Positions 59,508-64,000 of a DNA stretch of 64,000 nt are shown one piece after another. The notes beneath the pieces are model-generated. The model saw nothing but the letters and a program-made list of their open reading frames with translations, did no database searches and was not told where the DNA came from. This DNA comes from Azolla caroliniana (lineage: Eukaryota; Plantae; Polypodiophyta). The DNA lies in NCBI GenBank assembly GCA_043228905.1, contig JBHGNT010000119.1, positions 11,302 through 75,301 of the forward strand. Reading direction: 5' to 3'. Every line of letters starts with the position of its first letter. Position 1 is the stretch's first letter. The position numbers and the translations under genes were made by a program.

Positions 59508-62500
59508 TGTCGTAATTCCGTGCTCGGCCACAATCGAGGAACAGGATCGATTCACAGAAAACGGGAAATACAACAATGCACGAAAAACAATAGAGAGAAG
59601 GGTACACTGGATGTTTTACGTGGAAAACCCTAAATGGGAAAAACCACGGGAGTGCAAGACTCCAACTATCACTATACGCGGGAATGTACAATGGCGAGCT
59701 GCAAGGCGACGACCTTGAGCTCGCTGTCCTCGCCACAGGCGGCGGTATTACACAGAGGCGTCGACCTCTTCCTTCCTCTTTCTCTCTCACTCTCTCTCGG
59801 CTGCTCTCACTTCGCTCCCTCTTAGTGGAAAACAGAAAAATGAGCAACAACATAAACTGTTTGCCCTAAGTCATATTTATACACATATGACTTTCGGGCT
59901 ATTTACAAATATAGCCTCAAGGGCTCTTGGCAAACATATTCACAAATATGTCCCCGCATCCGGATCTCCCTCCGGGTACATTCGTCATCCGGCTCCGTAA
60001 CCGCAACCGGGCTTGCCGTCATTCATCTCCGGACATCCCATCCGGAGGGACCGAAATCCCAACAAACTCCCCCTTCACTTCGGCATGGGATGTCTCTCCA
60101 ATCCGACCCTCTTCCGGCACGCTTCCAGCTTGTCGGGTGTGAGCACTTTGGTCAGCATATCTGACCCGTTCTCTTCCGTGTGGATCTTCGTCAGCATGAA
60201 CTCCTGGTCTTCTATCCTTTCCCGGATCCAGTGATATCTTCGCTGGATGTGCTTCGTCCGGGAGTGATAGGCCGCGTTCTTCGCAAGGTGGATGGCACTC
60301 TGACTGTCGCAGTAGAGTCGGTACTCCTCTTGTCGGATACTGAGCTCTCTAATGAAGTCCTTCATCCATATTATTTCCTTGCCGGCTTCAACAGCCGCCA
60401 TGTACTCCGCCTCCGTGGTTGACAACGCAACCGTCTTCTACAGCCTCGACTGCCACGAAACAGCTCCCCCTGCATACGTCATCACATACCCTGATGTGGA
60501 CCGGCTGGTATCTTCATCAGCCGACATATCCGAATCGGTAAAGCCGTCGAGTTCGGGCTTACCGGAGCCGAATCGGAGGCACACGTTTGCCGTGCCCTTC
60601 AGGTATCGGAGTATCCACTTGACCGCGTTCCAGTGGTCTTTGCCGGGATTGCTCATGTACCGGCTCACCACTCCGACTGCGTATCCTATGTCCGGTCTTG
60701 TACACACCATTGCGTACATCAAGCTTCCGACGGCAGAGGCATATGGTACTTTCATCATGTCCTCCTTCTCAGCCTTTGTCTTGGGGCTCTGCTTGCTGGA
60801 CAACTTGCAGTTTGCCGGGAGGGTTGACCCGACCGGTCTTGCTTCCGACATGTTGAACCGGTGAAGCACCTTTGTCACATACTTCTCCTGTGACAGCCAC
60901 AACTGCTTCTTCTTCCGGTCCCGGATGATGTGCATCCCTAGTATTTGCCTCGCCGGACCCAGGTCCTTCATTGAGAAGGTTCGGTGAAGAGCCTTCTTCA
61001 GCATCCGTATCTTGACCTGGTCCCGTCCGACGATCAACATGTCGTCCACGTATAGGAGGAGTATTAGAAAGTCTCCTCCTTCGAACTTCTTCACAAACAC
61101 GCAGTGATCAGACTGCGTTTTGTGGTACCCTTCGTCGGTCATGAAGGAGTCGAACTTCCGGTACCATTGCCGGGGAGCCTGCTTCAGTCCGTAAAGGCTC
61201 TTCTTCAACCGGCATACCAGGTGCTCCTTCCCTTTCTTCTCGAATCCTTCCGGTTGCTGCATGTAGATCTCTTCTTCGAGGTCACCGTGGAGGAATGCCG
61301 TCTTCACGTCCATCTGTTCTACCTCGAGGTCCATGCTTGCCGCTATGCTCAGCACCGTCCGGATGGAGGTCATCTTCACTACCGGGGAAAATATCTCGTC
61401 GAAGTCGACGCCCTTCTTCTGCTGAAACCCCTTCACCACGATCCTGGCTTTGTATCTCGGGGGGTTTCCGGCATCTCCCGGTTTCAGCTTGAACACCCAC
61501 TTGTTTCGAAGTGCCCGCTTTCCTTTCGGCAACTCCACAAGTTCATATGTGTGGTTCTCATGCAGGGAATCCATCTCGTCCTGCATGGCACTCAACCACC
61601 TGCGGCTCTGGGTGTCATGCTTTGCTTCTTCAAAGCTCTCCGGCTCCCCCTCGTCGGTTAGCAGCACGTGCTCTGGTTCTGGAAATCTCCGGGGGGGCCT
61701 TCTCTCTCTTAGAGGATATCTCCGTTCCGGAGCTTCGGTAACCGGTTCTTCCGATTCTTCTTCATCCGAATCCATTTCGGGATCGGGGCCGGTTCCGGTA
61801 TCATTTTCATCTTCTTCGGCCGGTTCTGTTTCTTCACCGTCTTCGGCCGGATCCTCGAGAGCTAACCGGTCCCTTGCCGGTCGGGACTGCTCCTCGTAGA
61901 GTTGATCCTCACCGGTCGACTTGGAGCTCTTCATCTTCTTCTCCGACTCCCAGTCGGCGAGTGTCTTGTTCTCCATGAAGATGATATCTCGACTCCTGAA
62001 TATCTTCTTGTCGACCGGGTCCCATACTCGGTAGCCGAACTCGTCGTCGCCGTAACCGAGGAATATGCATGGCCGGGTCTTTGGATCTAGCTTTCCTCTC
62101 CGGTCCTTTGCCACATGCACGTATGCGAGACACCCGAACACCTTCAGATGCCGGTAGGACACTTCCTTACCGGTCCACACTTTCTGCGGCGTGTCTCCGT
62201 CCAAAGGTACTGAGGGTGATCTATTTATCACATACGTCGCCGTCGACATTGCCTCAGCCCAAAACCCCTTGGGTAATTTCGCATGCGCCAGCATACTCCG
62301 GACCCTCTCCATTATGGTCCGGTTCATCCTCTCGGCCAGCCCGTTCAGTTCCGGCGCCTTCGGCACAGTAAACTCGAGCCGGATCCCCTTCGAGCGACAG
62401 TACTCCTGGAACTGCCCCCGGTATTCCCCTCCGTTATCCGCTCGTATCGCTTTCAGCTTCTTGCCGGATTCTCTTTCCACTCTCGCGTGGAGTTCTTTGA

Positions 62501-64000
62501 AGACGGACAACACTTGGTCCTTTGTCTTCATCGGTGCCGTCCACAGTCTTCGGCTATGATCATCTATAAATGTTACGAAGTACTGGGCTCCGCCATGTGA
62601 CTTCGTTTCTACCTGACACACATCGGTGTGCACCAACTCCAATGGTGCGCTACGTCTCGTCGGTGGCCTTGAGTGGAAGGAGGTTCGGTTCTGCTTACCG
62701 GCCAGGCAATCGGTGCACTTTTCCAGGTGCACATGCTTCACTGGGATAAGGTTGTCTTCTGCAAGCCTCTTCATCCCCTTCTCACTCATGTGGCACAGTC
62801 TTTTGTGCCACAGCTCACCGGCAGTGTCGGCTGCCACATTCAGCTCTTCCGGACATAGCCGGGAGTTCATCAGGTACAGTGTGTTGACCTTCCGGGCCCA
62901 AGCCACTATCAGGCTCCCCTTGCTGAACTTCATGACACCGTTCCGGATGCTACCCGTGTAGCCTTCATCATCTAGCCTCCCGGCCGAGATCAGGTTCAAT
63001 CGGACCTCCGGAACGTGTCGCACATCCTTCAGCAGCATCTTGCATCCGGTTGATGTCATCAGCCACACGTCTCCTATGCCGGCAATCCGGCATGTGCCTT
63101 CATTTCCCATCCGGACACAGCCATGCTCACCGGCTGTGTAGGATGAGAAGTATTTCTTCTCCGGGGTCAGGTGGAACGACGCTCCGGAATCGACCACCCA
63201 GGTCATCTCTACACCGGCAAGGTTCAGCTCCCTCTCTTCGGTAATGAGCATTATCTCTTCTTCACTTGCCGCGAGTGCCGTCGTTCCTTTCCGGTCCTGC
63301 CCTCGCCGATCCGGACCTCTCCGGTCCGTGGCTCCCCGGTATGCACCGTTTCTCTCCGGTGACTTCTTCGAATCGGTGTCGTCGGCTCCGTTGTCTTTTC
63401 GGTAATGCCGACAATTCTTCCGGAAGTGCCCCGGCTTCCCACAGTGGAAGCATGTGGGTCTTCCTCTTGACTGCGACCGGGTCCCCGACTTCTCCCGTCT
63501 TTGCGGACTCCGGTTCCATTGTCTTCCCCGTTCCGATTCGGTAAGCAGCGCCTTCGAGTCGGAGGCCGGTTCTTTATCTCTCCGACGCGCTTCTTCGTTC
63601 AAAATACTTGTCTTTACCGTTTGTAGGGACAAGTTATCTTCGGTGCAGGAGGTGCTGAGAGTCACCACCAAGTTCTCCCAGCTGTCCGGCAATGTACACA
63701 TCAGGATGATGGCTTGCATTGCATCCTCCAACGGGAACTTGATCGCCGCAAGCTGGTTCACGAATCCCATGAACGTGCTTACGTGTTCCACCATACTCTC
63801 GCCGTCCCGGTACTTGAGGTTCACTATCTTTCTCATCAGGGAGGTCCGGTTCAACGCATTCTTCCTCTCGTAGAGGCCCGACAGCTTCCTCCACATCTCA
63901 TATGCGTTGGTGTCGTTCGCCACGTGTTGTAGAACGCTCACATCGACGTATTGCCGAATGGTTGCAACGGCTTTCCGGTTCAGAAGCCTCCACTCCGTCT
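59508..64000 (-). mobile_element. Copia element J (Tnt1/Tork-like, D family), 3' LTR 59508-60064, continuing past the window edge
   Basis: LTR, PPT gaagggggag and a near-intact polyprotein. Confidence 0.94.
60075..64000 (-). CDS. gag-pol: J gag-pol polyprotein (Gag, PR, INT, RT, RH) with one TAG at 60438-60440; 5' end lies outside the window
   Basis: CFHCGKPGHFRKNC, VDSGAS, LVHTDVC, ADNGGEY, QMDVKTAFL, YVDD. In frame with 60075..60425. Confidence 0.92.

Noticed and set aside
59266-59853. 195-aa ORF
   Set aside because: It is a chance fusion of J's LTR with I's RT/RNase H across the insertion site.

Overview
No host genes are recognisable. The window is a eukaryotic, gene-free nest of retrotransposons, probably land-plant (bryophyte-like) heterochromatin. 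It holds a Tcn1-type chromovirus fragment, a 5'-truncated LINE ending in six 140-bp tandem copies and a (TC)n tail, copia elements of two families, a complete self-priming chromovirus, and several tRNA-Trp-primed gypsy elements. Nesting reaches four layers. Top finding: a young, intact gypsy element (36176-46193, minus strand, LTRs identical by eye, CCGGA TSD) has no polypurine tract. At the PPT position it has a tRNA-3'-end-like 16-mer ending in CCA, 2 nt from the 3' LTR. The same 16-mer and spacing recur in a divergent relative (53280-53296), suggesting both DNA strands are tRNA-primed. Second finding: all four insertions of the tRNA-Trp gypsy family sit in ACGT, with 4-bp TSDs where both flanks survive. 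All calls come from reading the sequence by eye; lineage names and tRNA identities are recalled and need database confirmation.
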